Position numbers and translations under genes: made by a program
The notes under the pieces: generated by a model
Database searches by the model: none
Told to the model about the DNA's origin: nothing
What the model saw: the letters and a program-made list of their open reading frames with translations, nothing else
In this document: positions 7,994 to 15,911 of the stretch, one piece after another
Layout of the letters: each line of letters opens with the position of its first letter
Position numbering within the stretch: position 1 is the stretch's first letter
Source of the DNA: Candidatus Fervidifonticultor quintus
GTDB lineage: Bacteria > Sysuimicrobiota > Sysuimicrobiia > Sysuimicrobiales > Humicultoraceae
Assembly: GCA_031459535.1 (NCBI GenBank)
Contig: JAVKIJ010000047.1
Location: 1-24,204 of the forward strand
Length of the DNA stretch: 24,204 bases
Direction: 5' to 3'

Positions 7994-9019
7994 ATGACGG
8001 ATCGGGCTCGAATGCGGTTCGTCATCGCCCTCGGGATCGTCCTGCTGGTCGCCCCCCGGGTCCTGCCCGTCTACTACACGCACCTGCTGATCCTGACCTT
8101 CATCTACGGCATGATGGCCATGAGCCTGGACCTCTTGATGGGCTACACTGGCCTGACCTCGTTCGGACACGCGGCCTACTTCGGCGCCTCTGCCTACGCG
8201 GTGGGGATCCTCTCGGTGCGCTATCACGCCCATTTCTCCGCGGCCATGCTCGGCGGCGTGCTGGTGGCCCTGATCATGGCGGTGGCATTCGGGCTGCTGG
8301 CGATTCGGGCCACCGGCGTCTACTTCCTCATCATCACCCTGGCCCTGGGCATGGGCACCTGGGGTCTGGCCTACCGCTGGGCCTCCATGACGGGCGGGGA
8401 CAACGGCCTGCCGGGCATCCCGCGGCCGGAGCTGGGGTTGCCGTGGTCCATGAGCGATCCGCGCAACCTGTACTACTTCGTGCTGGTGTTCTTCGTCCTG
8501 ACCGGCGTGTTGCTCTACCGGCTGGTGCGCTCGCCTTTCGGACTGAGCCTGAGGGGCATCCGGGCGAGCGAGGGACGGATGCTGGTGCTGGGCTACAACA
8601 CCTGGATCCACAAGTACAAGGCGTTTCTGTTCGCCGGGGCCTTCTCGGGCCTGGCCGGGGCCCTCTTCGCGCTCTACAACGGTTTTGTGGGCCCGGCGGA
8701 TCTGCACCTGACCGCGTCTGCCGAGGGCGTCTTGATGGTGCTCCTGGGAGGCCCGGGGACACTCCTCGGTCCGGTGGTGGGAGCGGGGCTGGTCGTCTTC
8801 CTTCGCAACCTGGTCAGTGCGTACACCCAGCGGTGGCTGCTCATCCTCGGCACCGTGTATGTGCTGACCGTGATGTTCGCTCCCCGGGGCGTGGCAGGGG
8901 CGGTACGAGACGTGTGGGCCCGGGCGGGGGAGCGAGGCGCAGCTCGCGGAGGTGGCACGCCCTCGCCCTCGGGAGCCCGGACGCTGGGGTTCTCGGACAA
9001 CTCGAGGAGAAACGGGTGA
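7994..9019 (+). CDS. livM: HAAT-type ABC transporter permease, LivM-like
   Basis: SLDLLMGYTGLTSFGHAAYFG, GVYFLIITLA, TGGDNG, SPFGLSLRGIR, LGGPGTLLGPVVGA, APRG. ATG 8012 is an alternative start. Confidence 0.92.
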   Translation: MTDRARMRFVIALGIVLLVAPRVLPVYYTHLLILTFIYGMMAMSLDLLMGYTGLTSFGHAAYFGASAYAVGILSVRYHAHFSAAMLGGVLVALIMAVAFGLLAIRATGVYFLIITLALGMGTWGLAYRWASMTGGDNGLPGIPRPELGLPWSMSDPRNLYYFVLVFFVLTGVLLYRLVRSPFGLSLRGIRASEGRMLVLGYNTWIHKYKAFLFAGAFSGLAGALFALYNGFVGPADLHLTASAEGVLMVLLGGPGTLLGPVVGAGLVVFLRNLVSAYTQRWLLILGTVYVLTVMFAPRGVAGAVRDVWARAGERGAARGGGTPSPSGARTLGFSDNSRRNG

Positions 9020-9780
9020 GCGGCGCGGCCGGACGTGGGGACCCGGTTTGCCTGGAGCTGGCGGAGCTCTCCCGGCACTTCGGCGGTCTGCGCGCCGTGG
9101 ACAGCGTGAACCTCACCGTGGCTGCGGGCGAGCGCCGCGCCATCATCGGGCCCAATGGAGCGGGGAAGACAACCCTGTTCAACCTCATCAGCGGCGAGCT
9201 GACGCCCACCTCCGGGCGGATCCTCCTCTTCGGACAGGACGTGACGCGTCTGCCCCCCTACCGGCGAGCGGCGCTGGGGCTGGGGCGGACCTATCAGATC
9301 ATGAACCTCTTTCCAGGCCTGACGGTGCTCGAGAACGTCCTGCTTGCCGTCCAGGGGCTTCGCGCCATGAAGAACTCGGTGCACCGTGCGGTTGACGCCT
9401 ATCCCGAGCTGTTTGCCATGGCCCAGAACCTGCTGGAGCGCGTCGAGATGTGGGAGAAGCGCCACCTCTCCATTGGCAGCCTCTCATACGGCGAGCAGCG
9501 GCAGGTCGAGCTGCTCCTGGCGCTGGCCGGCCACCCGAGGCTGCTCCTCCTGGACGAACCAACGGCAGGGTTGGCTCCCGCCGAGGCGCGCCTGGTCACG
9601 CAGTTCGTACGGGCGTTGGATCCGGCGACGACGGTGTTGCTGATCGAACACGACATGGACGTGGCCTTTGAGGTTGCCGACCGTGTCACCGTGTTGCACT
9701 TCGGACAGGTGCTGGCGGACGGGCCGAAGGAAGAGATTCGCCGCGACCCGGAAGTGCAGCGGATCTATCTGGGGACATGA
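9016..9780 (+). CDS. livG: HAAT-type ABC transporter ATP-binding protein, LivG-like
   Basis: The GTG at 9016 overlaps the livM stop (GTGA) and follows SD GAGGAG at 9004-9009. Walker A GPNGAGKTT, LSYGEQR signature, LLLDEP, IEHDM, YLG end. Confidence 0.92.
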   Translation: MSGAAGRGDPVCLELAELSRHFGGLRAVDSVNLTVAAGERRAIIGPNGAGKTTLFNLISGELTPTSGRILLFGQDVTRLPPYRRAALGLGRTYQIMNLFPGLTVLENVLLAVQGLRAMKNSVHRAVDAYPELFAMAQNLLERVEMWEKRHLSIGSLSYGEQRQVELLLALAGHPRLLLLDEPTAGLAPAEARLVTQFVRALDPATTVLLIEHDMDVAFEVADRVTVLHFGQVLADGPKEEIRRDPEVQRIYLGT

Positions 9781-9790
9781 GGCGCCAGGC

Positions 9791-10486
9791 ATGCTGACCG
9801 TTGAGGACATCCACACCTACTACGGCGACAGCTACGTGCTCCAGGGCGTCTCCCTCCGCGTCCCCGGAGGGCGGGCCGTGGCGGTGCTCGGGCGCAACGG
9901 CATGGGGAAGACGACGCTCATCCGGTCCATCGTAGGGTTCACGCCTCCCCGTCGAGGCCGCGTGGTGTTCAAGGACCGTGACATCACCCGGTGGCCGGTG
10001 CACGAGATCGCACGGCTGGGCGTGGGGCTGGTGCCTCAGGGCCGCCGGATCTTCCCGTCGTTGAGCGTCCTGGAGAACCTGATCATCGCCCACCGGCGTC
10101 GCAACGGCGGCGGATGGACCCCCGAGAGGGTCTTCGAGGCGTTTCCGCGGTTGCGGGAGCGTGCCCATCACAAGGGTAACAAGCTCAGCGGCGGAGAGCA
10201 GCAGATGCTGGCCATCGCTCGGGCGCTGATGACGAACCCCGACCTGCTCCTGATGGATGAGCCATCGGAGGGGCTGGCGCCGCTGCTCGTCCTCGACCTC
10301 GGCAACATCCTCCAGGATCTGCGGCGTCAGGGGCTGTCCATTCTCCTGGTGGAGCAGAACCTGCCGCTGGCCTTGCGCCTGGCCGACTATGTCTATGTCC
10401 TGAGCAAGGGGCGCGTGGTCTTCGAGGGGACGGCCGACGCCCTGGGTGCGGCCGAGGAGGTCAAGAGGCGATACCTGGGCGTCTGA
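9791..10486 (+). CDS. livF: HAAT-type ABC transporter ATP-binding protein, LivF-like
   Basis: GRNGMGKTT, VPQGRRIF, FPRLRER, LSGGEQQMLAIARAL, LMDEPSEGLAP, VEQN, YLGV end. Confidence 0.93.
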   Translation: MLTVEDIHTYYGDSYVLQGVSLRVPGGRAVAVLGRNGMGKTTLIRSIVGFTPPRRGRVVFKDRDITRWPVHEIARLGVGLVPQGRRIFPSLSVLENLIIAHRRRNGGGWTPERVFEAFPRLRERAHHKGNKLSGGEQQMLAIARALMTNPDLLLMDEPSEGLAPLLVLDLGNILQDLRRQGLSILLVEQNLPLALRLADYVYVLSKGRVVFEGTADALGAAEEVKRRYLGV

Positions 10487-10491
10487 ATTCC

Positions 10492-10574
10492 GCGGCCCCC
10501 TTCACGGGGCCGCCGGAGGGAGGCCGTAGTGGTCGAGGGTCGAGGGGTTACGGTTGGACCCGGCGGCAGCCGGG
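10492..10574 (+). other. Two GC-rich intergenic stem-loops upstream of the binding-protein gene
   Basis: GCGGCCCC (10492-10499)/GGGGCCGC (10506-10513) and CCCGGC-GGCA-GCCGGG (10559-10574). Neither has a U-tract, so neither is a clear intrinsic terminator. Confidence 0.5.
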
Positions 10575-10600
10575 AGACGAACACAGAGGGGGGTCAACAG

Positions 10601-11860
10601 ATGAGGAAGAGGAGCGCTCGCACGGTGGCCACATGTCTCTTTGCGTTGATGTGTGCTGCGAGCCTGGTGGCGGCCTGGAGCCCGCAGGTAGCCTCGCAGG
10701 TGCGGGGTCCCATCCGCATCGGGTTCATCGCACCGACCACGGGGACCTTCGCCGCGAACGGCCGGGACATGCTGGACGCGTTCATGATGTTCTGGGAGGA
10801 ACGGAACTTCACGGTGGCCGGGCGCAGGGTGGAGATCACGCACGAAGACGACGTCGGCACCCCGGCCATCACCATCACCAAGGCCCGCAAGCTGGTGGAG
10901 CACGACAAGGTCCACATCCTGGTGGGGCCGCTGACGGCGAGCTCGGGATACGCCATCCGCGACTACATACATTCCCAGAAGATACCCAGCGTCTACCCCA
11001 TCGTCTCCGCGGACGACATCACCCAGCGCCAGCGCACGCCGTATATCATCCGCACGGGCTGGACCAGCAGTCAGCCCGCGCACCCATTCGGGGAGTGGGT
11101 CGTCCGGAACCTGCCGTATCGACGCGTGGCGACCATTGCCTACGACTTCGCCTTCGGGCACGAGTGGGTCGGCGGGTTCCAGCGCACCTTTGAAGAGAAC
11201 GGCGGGCGCGTGGTGCAGAAGCTGTGGCCGCCCATCGGCGCCCCCGACTACGGACCCTACCTGGCCCAGTTGCGCAGGGACATCGACGCGCTGTTCGCGG
11301 TGTTCTCCGGCGGCGACGCGCTGCGGTTCCTCGATCAGTACCGAGCCTTCGGGTTGAAGGCCAGGCTGCCCATGATCGGGGGCGGGACGCTGACCGACGA
11401 GCACATTCTGCCCCAGATGGGGGACGAGGCGCTGGACATTATCACCGCCCTCCACTACAGCGCCGTGCTCAACACCGCGGAGAACCGGGCCTTTGCACAG
11501 GCATACTCGAAGAAGTACAACCGCCCGCCGTCGTACTACTCGGAGAACACCTACACCGCCGGCCGGTTCATCTTCGAGGCGTTGCAGGCCATTCGGGGCG
11601 ATGTGGAGTCCACCGAGCGGTTTCTGGAGGCCCTGCGCCGGGCGGAGGCCACGGACGCCCCGCGCGGCCCGGTCAAGCTCGACGCCTTCCAGAACCCCAT
11701 CCAGAACGTCTACATCCGGAAGGTCGAGCGTCGGGGCGGGCTGCTCCAGAACACTGTGGTCTTCACATACCGGAGTGTGTCTCAGTTCTGGAAATATGCG
11801 CCGGAGGACTACTTGAAGCAGCCCGTGTACACCCGCGACTTCCCTCCGGTCAGGCCGTAG
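10601..11860 (+). CDS. ABC transporter substrate-binding protein (type I PBP, Liv-like; resembles the aromatic-acid-binding subgroup)
   Basis: SD GAGGGGGG before ATG 10601, basic then hydrophobic signal peptide, PIRIGFIAPTTG, 'GRRVEITHEDD', 'DFAFGHE', 'PRGPVKLD...PIQNVYIRKV'. Confidence 0.9.
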   Translation: MRKRSARTVATCLFALMCAASLVAAWSPQVASQVRGPIRIGFIAPTTGTFAANGRDMLDAFMMFWEERNFTVAGRRVEITHEDDVGTPAITITKARKLVEHDKVHILVGPLTASSGYAIRDYIHSQKIPSVYPIVSADDITQRQRTPYIIRTGWTSSQPAHPFGEWVVRNLPYRRVATIAYDFAFGHEWVGGFQRTFEENGGRVVQKLWPPIGAPDYGPYLAQLRRDIDALFAVFSGGDALRFLDQYRAFGLKARLPMIGGGTLTDEHILPQMGDEALDIITALHYSAVLNTAENRAFAQAYSKKYNRPPSYYSENTYTAGRFIFEALQAIRGDVESTERFLEALRRAEATDAPRGPVKLDAFQNPIQNVYIRKVERRGGLLQNTVVFTYRSVSQFWKYAPEDYLKQPVYTRDFPPVRP

Positions 11861-11885
11861 ACAGGATGTGAGGGAGACGCTGGCC

Positions 11886-12626
11886 ATGCCCCCAGGCGCC
11901 CAGGCGTTCGTCGACCGGACGGAGATGATCACCGCCCTGCGGGCGCAGCTCGTCGTGGACCCTCACCGCACGGCGGTCGTCCTGGTGGATGCCCACCGCG
12001 GGCACCTGGATCCCGCGGTGGCCACGATGCCGGTGGATCCCGACGACGCCCGGCGGGTTCGGGCCGGCCTCTCCGTTCTGGTCGAAGAGGGGCGGCGCGC
12101 GGGCCTGCCCATCATCCATGTGGTCATGACCCACCGCCGCCTCCCGTATCCCGGCGCCGAGAGCATGGGCAATCCGTTCTGGAAGGCAGTGGAAGCCGCC
12201 CGGCAGTCCCTGACCCCGGGCCGGCCCAGCACGATCTCCGGGCACAACCTCGAGGGATCTCCCCAGACCGAGATTCTGCCCGAGCTGGGGCCCGCACCCA
12301 CCGACTACGTCATCAGGACCAAGAAGCGGCTGTCGGCGTTCCACGGCACGGACCTCGAGTTCCTGCTGCGGACGTTGGGGATCTCCACCGTGGTGCTGGG
12401 CGGCATCAACACCAACACCTGCGTGCTCTGCACGGCGTTTGACGCGTTCAACCGGGACTTCCAGGTGATTGTAATCAGCGATTGCGTCGCCAGCATGTAC
12501 GGAGCGGACCTGCACGTCTTCGGGCTGCAGAACGTCAGCCGCTGCCTCGGATGGGTGCTGACCAACGCGGAGTTCCTCGGGCTGCTGGGTCGGAGTAAGG
12601 GGTCAACGCAGGAGGCGCCCCGATGA
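11886..12626 (+). CDS. Isochorismatase-family cysteine hydrolase (maleamate / N-carbamoyl amidase-like)
   Basis: Catalytic triad: Asp in TAVVLVDAH, Lys in KKRLSAF, Cys in GINTNTCV; also TAFDAFNRDF. GGGAG at 11872-11876 favours ATG 11886; GTG 11868 is an alternative. Confidence 0.9.
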   Translation: MPPGAQAFVDRTEMITALRAQLVVDPHRTAVVLVDAHRGHLDPAVATMPVDPDDARRVRAGLSVLVEEGRRAGLPIIHVVMTHRRLPYPGAESMGNPFWKAVEAARQSLTPGRPSTISGHNLEGSPQTEILPELGPAPTDYVIRTKKRLSAFHGTDLEFLLRTLGISTVVLGGINTNTCVLCTAFDAFNRDFQVIVISDCVASMYGADLHVFGLQNVSRCLGWVLTNAEFLGLLGRSKGSTQEAPR

Positions 12627-13657
12627 GGAGCATGGCCCTGGTGGCGTTTGGCGAACGTCTGGTTCCGATGGAGGTGGCCACGCCACAGCCCGGCCCGGGT
12701 GAGGTCCTGGTGCGGGTGCTGGCCTGCGGCCTGTGCCGGACGGACCTGAAGATCGTAGACGGCCGCATGTCGTTCTCGGGCGGCCAGCGACTCCCACACG
12801 TGCCGGGGCACGAAATTGGAGGAGAGATCGCCGCTGCCGGTCCGGGCAGTGCGGTGCCGATCGGCCAGCGGGTGGTGGTGTACAACTACTGGGGATGCGG
12901 GCGGTGTCCGCATTGCCTCGTGGGGGAGGAGCAGCTCTGCGACGACCTCCGCGGGTGGGCGGGATTCACCACGCCGGGCGGTCTTCAGGAGTATCTGGTC
13001 GTGCCAGCCACTCACGTGCTCCCGCTCCCGCCCGCTCTGACCGACGTGGAGGCCGCGGCCATGTCGTGCGCGCTGGGGACTGGCTACCGCGCGGTGATCG
13101 CCAGGGGCGCTGTCAGGGCAGGTGAGGTCGTCGTGGTGCTCGGGGCCGGTGGCGTGGGGCTCCACGCGCTCCAGTTTGCGCGGGCTGCGGGCGCTCGGAC
13201 CATCGCGGTGGACATCAGCGAGGCCAAGCTGCAGGCGGCTCGGCGCGTGGGCGCCGACGACACCGTCATGGCCCAGGACGCGGACAGAGTGGTTCGCGAG
13301 GCCACCGGGGGGCGAGGCGCCGACCTAGTCGTGGACTGCGTCGGCACCGACACCGCCACCGGGCATGCGCTGTCTCTGGCCCGCAAGGGTGGGCGCGTCG
13401 TCCAGGTGGGCTACACCACCGACGCGGCCCACTATCCCCTCCTGCCCACCGACCGGGTCGCGCTGTCGGAGGTGAGCGTGATCGGGTCCCGCTACGTCAC
13501 TCGTGCAGAACTCGCGCGCGCCATCGGCCTGGTGGCGCGCGGGGTGGTCCGGCCGGTGATCTCCGACGTGCTGGACCTCGCGCAGGCGAACGAGGCGCTG
13601 GACCGGGTGCGGGCAGACCAGGCGGTGGGGCGGATCGTGCTCAGGGTAGCGGGATGA
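12623..13657 (+). CDS. Zn-dependent alcohol dehydrogenase (MDR family), canonical zinc ligands
   Basis: CGLCRTD, PGHE, structural Zn CGRCPHC-x7-C, third ligand Cys in MSCALGT, GAGGVG, VDIS (suggests NAD). ATGA overlap with the upstream stop. Confidence 0.92.
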   Translation: MRSMALVAFGERLVPMEVATPQPGPGEVLVRVLACGLCRTDLKIVDGRMSFSGGQRLPHVPGHEIGGEIAAAGPGSAVPIGQRVVVYNYWGCGRCPHCLVGEEQLCDDLRGWAGFTTPGGLQEYLVVPATHVLPLPPALTDVEAAAMSCALGTGYRAVIARGAVRAGEVVVVLGAGGVGLHALQFARAAGARTIAVDISEAKLQAARRVGADDTVMAQDADRVVREATGGRGADLVVDCVGTDTATGHALSLARKGGRVVQVGYTTDAAHYPLLPTDRVALSEVSVIGSRYVTRAELARAIGLVARGVVRPVISDVLDLAQANEALDRVRADQAVGRIVLRVAG

Positions 13658-13661
13658 CCCT

Positions 13662-14921
13662 ATGAGCGGTGGGTGGGCCGCCGGGCCGTTTGGCGTCGAC
13701 TGGGAACACCGCGTCGACTTCGAGGCACTCCGGCGGGGGCGGCTGGAGCGCGCCCGGGCCGAGATGAGCGCTGCCGGCCTGGACGCTCTGCTGGTGTGGA
13801 AGGACGAGAACGTGCGGTACCTGACCAGCCTGCGGCCGCAGTTACTGGCCGGGAAGAGCGGACTGCTGAACGGAGCCATGCTCGTCGGGGACGAGGCGCC
13901 GATCCTCTTCGTCTCCGGCGGGGACCACGACCGCGTCCGGAGGGGCATGCCGTGGTTGGGCGAGGTGTGTGCCATCCCGATCCTCGAGGAAGAGGGCCTC
14001 GTCCGCCACTTCGCCGCGGCCATCCTGGAACCGATTCTGCGCTCGCGTCGCCTCACGCGCGCCCGCGTCGGGCTGGACCTGGCCAGCCAGACGCTGCATG
14101 CGGCGCTGCGCGCCCAGTGGCCCGAGATCCACTGGGCCGACGGTGATGGGGTCATGCAGCGATCCCGGATGATCAAGTTGCCCGAGGAAGTGGTACTGCT
14201 CGAAGAGGCAGCGGCCATCGCGGACGCCGTGACCCAGGCAGCCATCGACAGCGTCCGTCCCGGCGTGCGCGAGGTGGACGTGGCCGGCGAGGCGCTGCGG
14301 GCGCTCCACCGTCTGGGGGGCGAGTACGCCCACGCCGTCTCGCCCTTTGTGGCGTCCGGCGAGCGGATGTCTCCGCCGACGCGCCTGGCCACCGACAAGG
14401 TCATCAGGTACGGGGATGTCGTGTTCATTGACATCGGGGCCATGTTCAACGGCTACTTCGCCGACGTGGGGCGTACGGTCATCTGCGGGACGCCGTCGGC
14501 GGACCAGCGCCGGATCTTCCGGGCCGTGTACGAAGCCCACGTGGCCGGTGTGGCGGCCCTGCAACCGGGCGCGACCACCAGGCAGGTCGCCGATGCGGTC
14601 CGGCGTGCGGCCGCCGCACACGGGCTGGCGGAGCATTTCCTGACCCTGTTCATCGGGCACGGGATCGGCGTGGGGTCCAATGAGCCGCCCTACATCGGCG
14701 AACCCTTCCCCGGAGCCGCCGAGGTCGAACTGCGGCCGGGGATGGTGTTCGCCCTCGAGCCCCTGATCTGGCTCCCGGGCGTGCGCGGTGGCGGTGGCGT
14801 GCGCCTGGAGGACACGGTCCTCGTCACGGAACGCGGGCCCCATGTGTTGTCCCGGGCGCCGTACGACTCCCGCCTCCTTGGAGACGGCGTGAGCGCGACC
14901 CGGCCGACTGAGGGGAGGTGA
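13662..14921 (+). CDS. M24 (pita-bread fold) family protein with creatinase-type N-domain; copy 2
   Basis: ENVRYLT, RMIKLPEE, RPGVREVDV; metal ligands in IDIG..GYFADVGRT, GHGIG, ALEP, GVRLEDT. Confidence 0.9.
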   Translation: MSGGWAAGPFGVDWEHRVDFEALRRGRLERARAEMSAAGLDALLVWKDENVRYLTSLRPQLLAGKSGLLNGAMLVGDEAPILFVSGGDHDRVRRGMPWLGEVCAIPILEEEGLVRHFAAAILEPILRSRRLTRARVGLDLASQTLHAALRAQWPEIHWADGDGVMQRSRMIKLPEEVVLLEEAAAIADAVTQAAIDSVRPGVREVDVAGEALRALHRLGGEYAHAVSPFVASGERMSPPTRLATDKVIRYGDVVFIDIGAMFNGYFADVGRTVICGTPSADQRRIFRAVYEAHVAGVAALQPGATTRQVADAVRRAAAAHGLAEHFLTLFIGHGIGVGSNEPPYIGEPFPGAAEVELRPGMVFALEPLIWLPGVRGGGGVRLEDTVLVTERGPHVLSRAPYDSRLLGDGVSATRPTEGR

Positions 14922-14924
14922 GGG

Positions 14925-15899
14925 ATGCCACGGGTGTTCATCACGCAACCGGTCCCACAGAGTGCTGTGGCACGACTGCGGCAGGCCGCCGATGTGGACG
15001 TCTTCCCGGACAGCAGCCGGATTCTGCCGTACGACATGCTGCAGCGGGAGATCGCCTCGTGCGACGTCCTCTACTGCCTGCTGCACGACCGGGTCGATGC
15101 GCAGATCATCGGAGCGGGAAAGACGCTGAAGCTGATCGCCACCTCTGCCATCGTGCCCGCCAACGTGGATGTGGCCGCGGCCACGGCCCGGGGAATCCCC
15201 GTGACCGTGATCCCCAACATCATCGCCGAGACGACGGCTGACCTCCAGTGGGGACTGTTGCTGGCCGTCGCCCGGCGCATCGTCGAGGCTGACCAGGCGC
15301 TGCGGGGTGGGCTCTTCCCCGGCTCGCAGTCGCTGCACTTCCTGGGCGGCGACGTGCACGGTCAAACGGTGGGCACCATCGGGCTGGGGGCCATCGGCAC
15401 GGCCATGGCGCGCCGAGCGCAGGGCTTCGGCATGCGCGTCCTGTACACCAAGCGCCAACGGCTCCCAGTCGACCAGGAGCAGCGCCTGAGCGTCGAGTAC
15501 CGCGCCCTGGACGAGCTTCTGGCCGAGAGCGACTTCGTGGTGGTCAACGCGGCCTATCATCCTGGAACCCATCACCTGATCGGGGCACGGGAGCTCTCGC
15601 TGATGAAGCCGACCGCCTACCTAATCAACACGGCGCGGGGGCCGATCGTGGACGAACAGGCGCTGGTGGACGCGCTGGCGGGCGGGCGCATCGCGGGGGC
15701 TGGCCTCGACGTGTACGAGCACGAGCCGCGCGTCCATCCCGGCCTGCTGCCCTTACGAAACGTCGTGTTGACCCCGCACCTCGGCAGTGCGGCGCGTCAG
15801 ATGCGCGAACGGATGGCCTCGGTGGTCGCAGACAACATCCTGGCATTCCTCCGGGGCGACCGCCCGCCGAATCTGCACAATCCTGAGGTCTACGCCTGA
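14925..15899 (+). CDS. D-2-hydroxyacid dehydrogenase, glyoxylate/hydroxypyruvate reductase-like
   Basis: MPRVFITQP, ETTADL..GLLLAVARRIVEAD, GLGAIG, YTKR (possible NADP preference), INTARG, LDVYEHEP, TPHLGSA. SD GGAGG upstream. Confidence 0.92.
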   Translation: MPRVFITQPVPQSAVARLRQAADVDVFPDSSRILPYDMLQREIASCDVLYCLLHDRVDAQIIGAGKTLKLIATSAIVPANVDVAAATARGIPVTVIPNIIAETTADLQWGLLLAVARRIVEADQALRGGLFPGSQSLHFLGGDVHGQTVGTIGLGAIGTAMARRAQGFGMRVLYTKRQRLPVDQEQRLSVEYRALDELLAESDFVVVNAAYHPGTHHLIGARELSLMKPTAYLINTARGPIVDEQALVDALAGGRIAGAGLDVYEHEPRVHPGLLPLRNVVLTPHLGSAARQMRERMASVVADNILAFLRGDRPPNLHNPEVYA

Positions 15900-15911
15900 G
15901 GGGGGATCGGT

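Noticed and set aside
8443-9015. Long N-terminal extensions of the LivG ORF (from 8443), LivF ORF (from 9668) and Mo-large ORF (from 17906)
   Set aside because: They overlap upstream genes out of frame. Internal starts at 9016 and 18311 (stop/start overlaps) and 9791 give family-typical N-termini.
1178-15655. Similar DNA at 1178-1230 and 15603-15655 (MKPTAYLINTARGPIV)
   Set aside because: This is the conserved catalytic-Arg motif of two D-2-hydroxyacid dehydrogenases with synonymous differences, not a repeat element or recent duplication.
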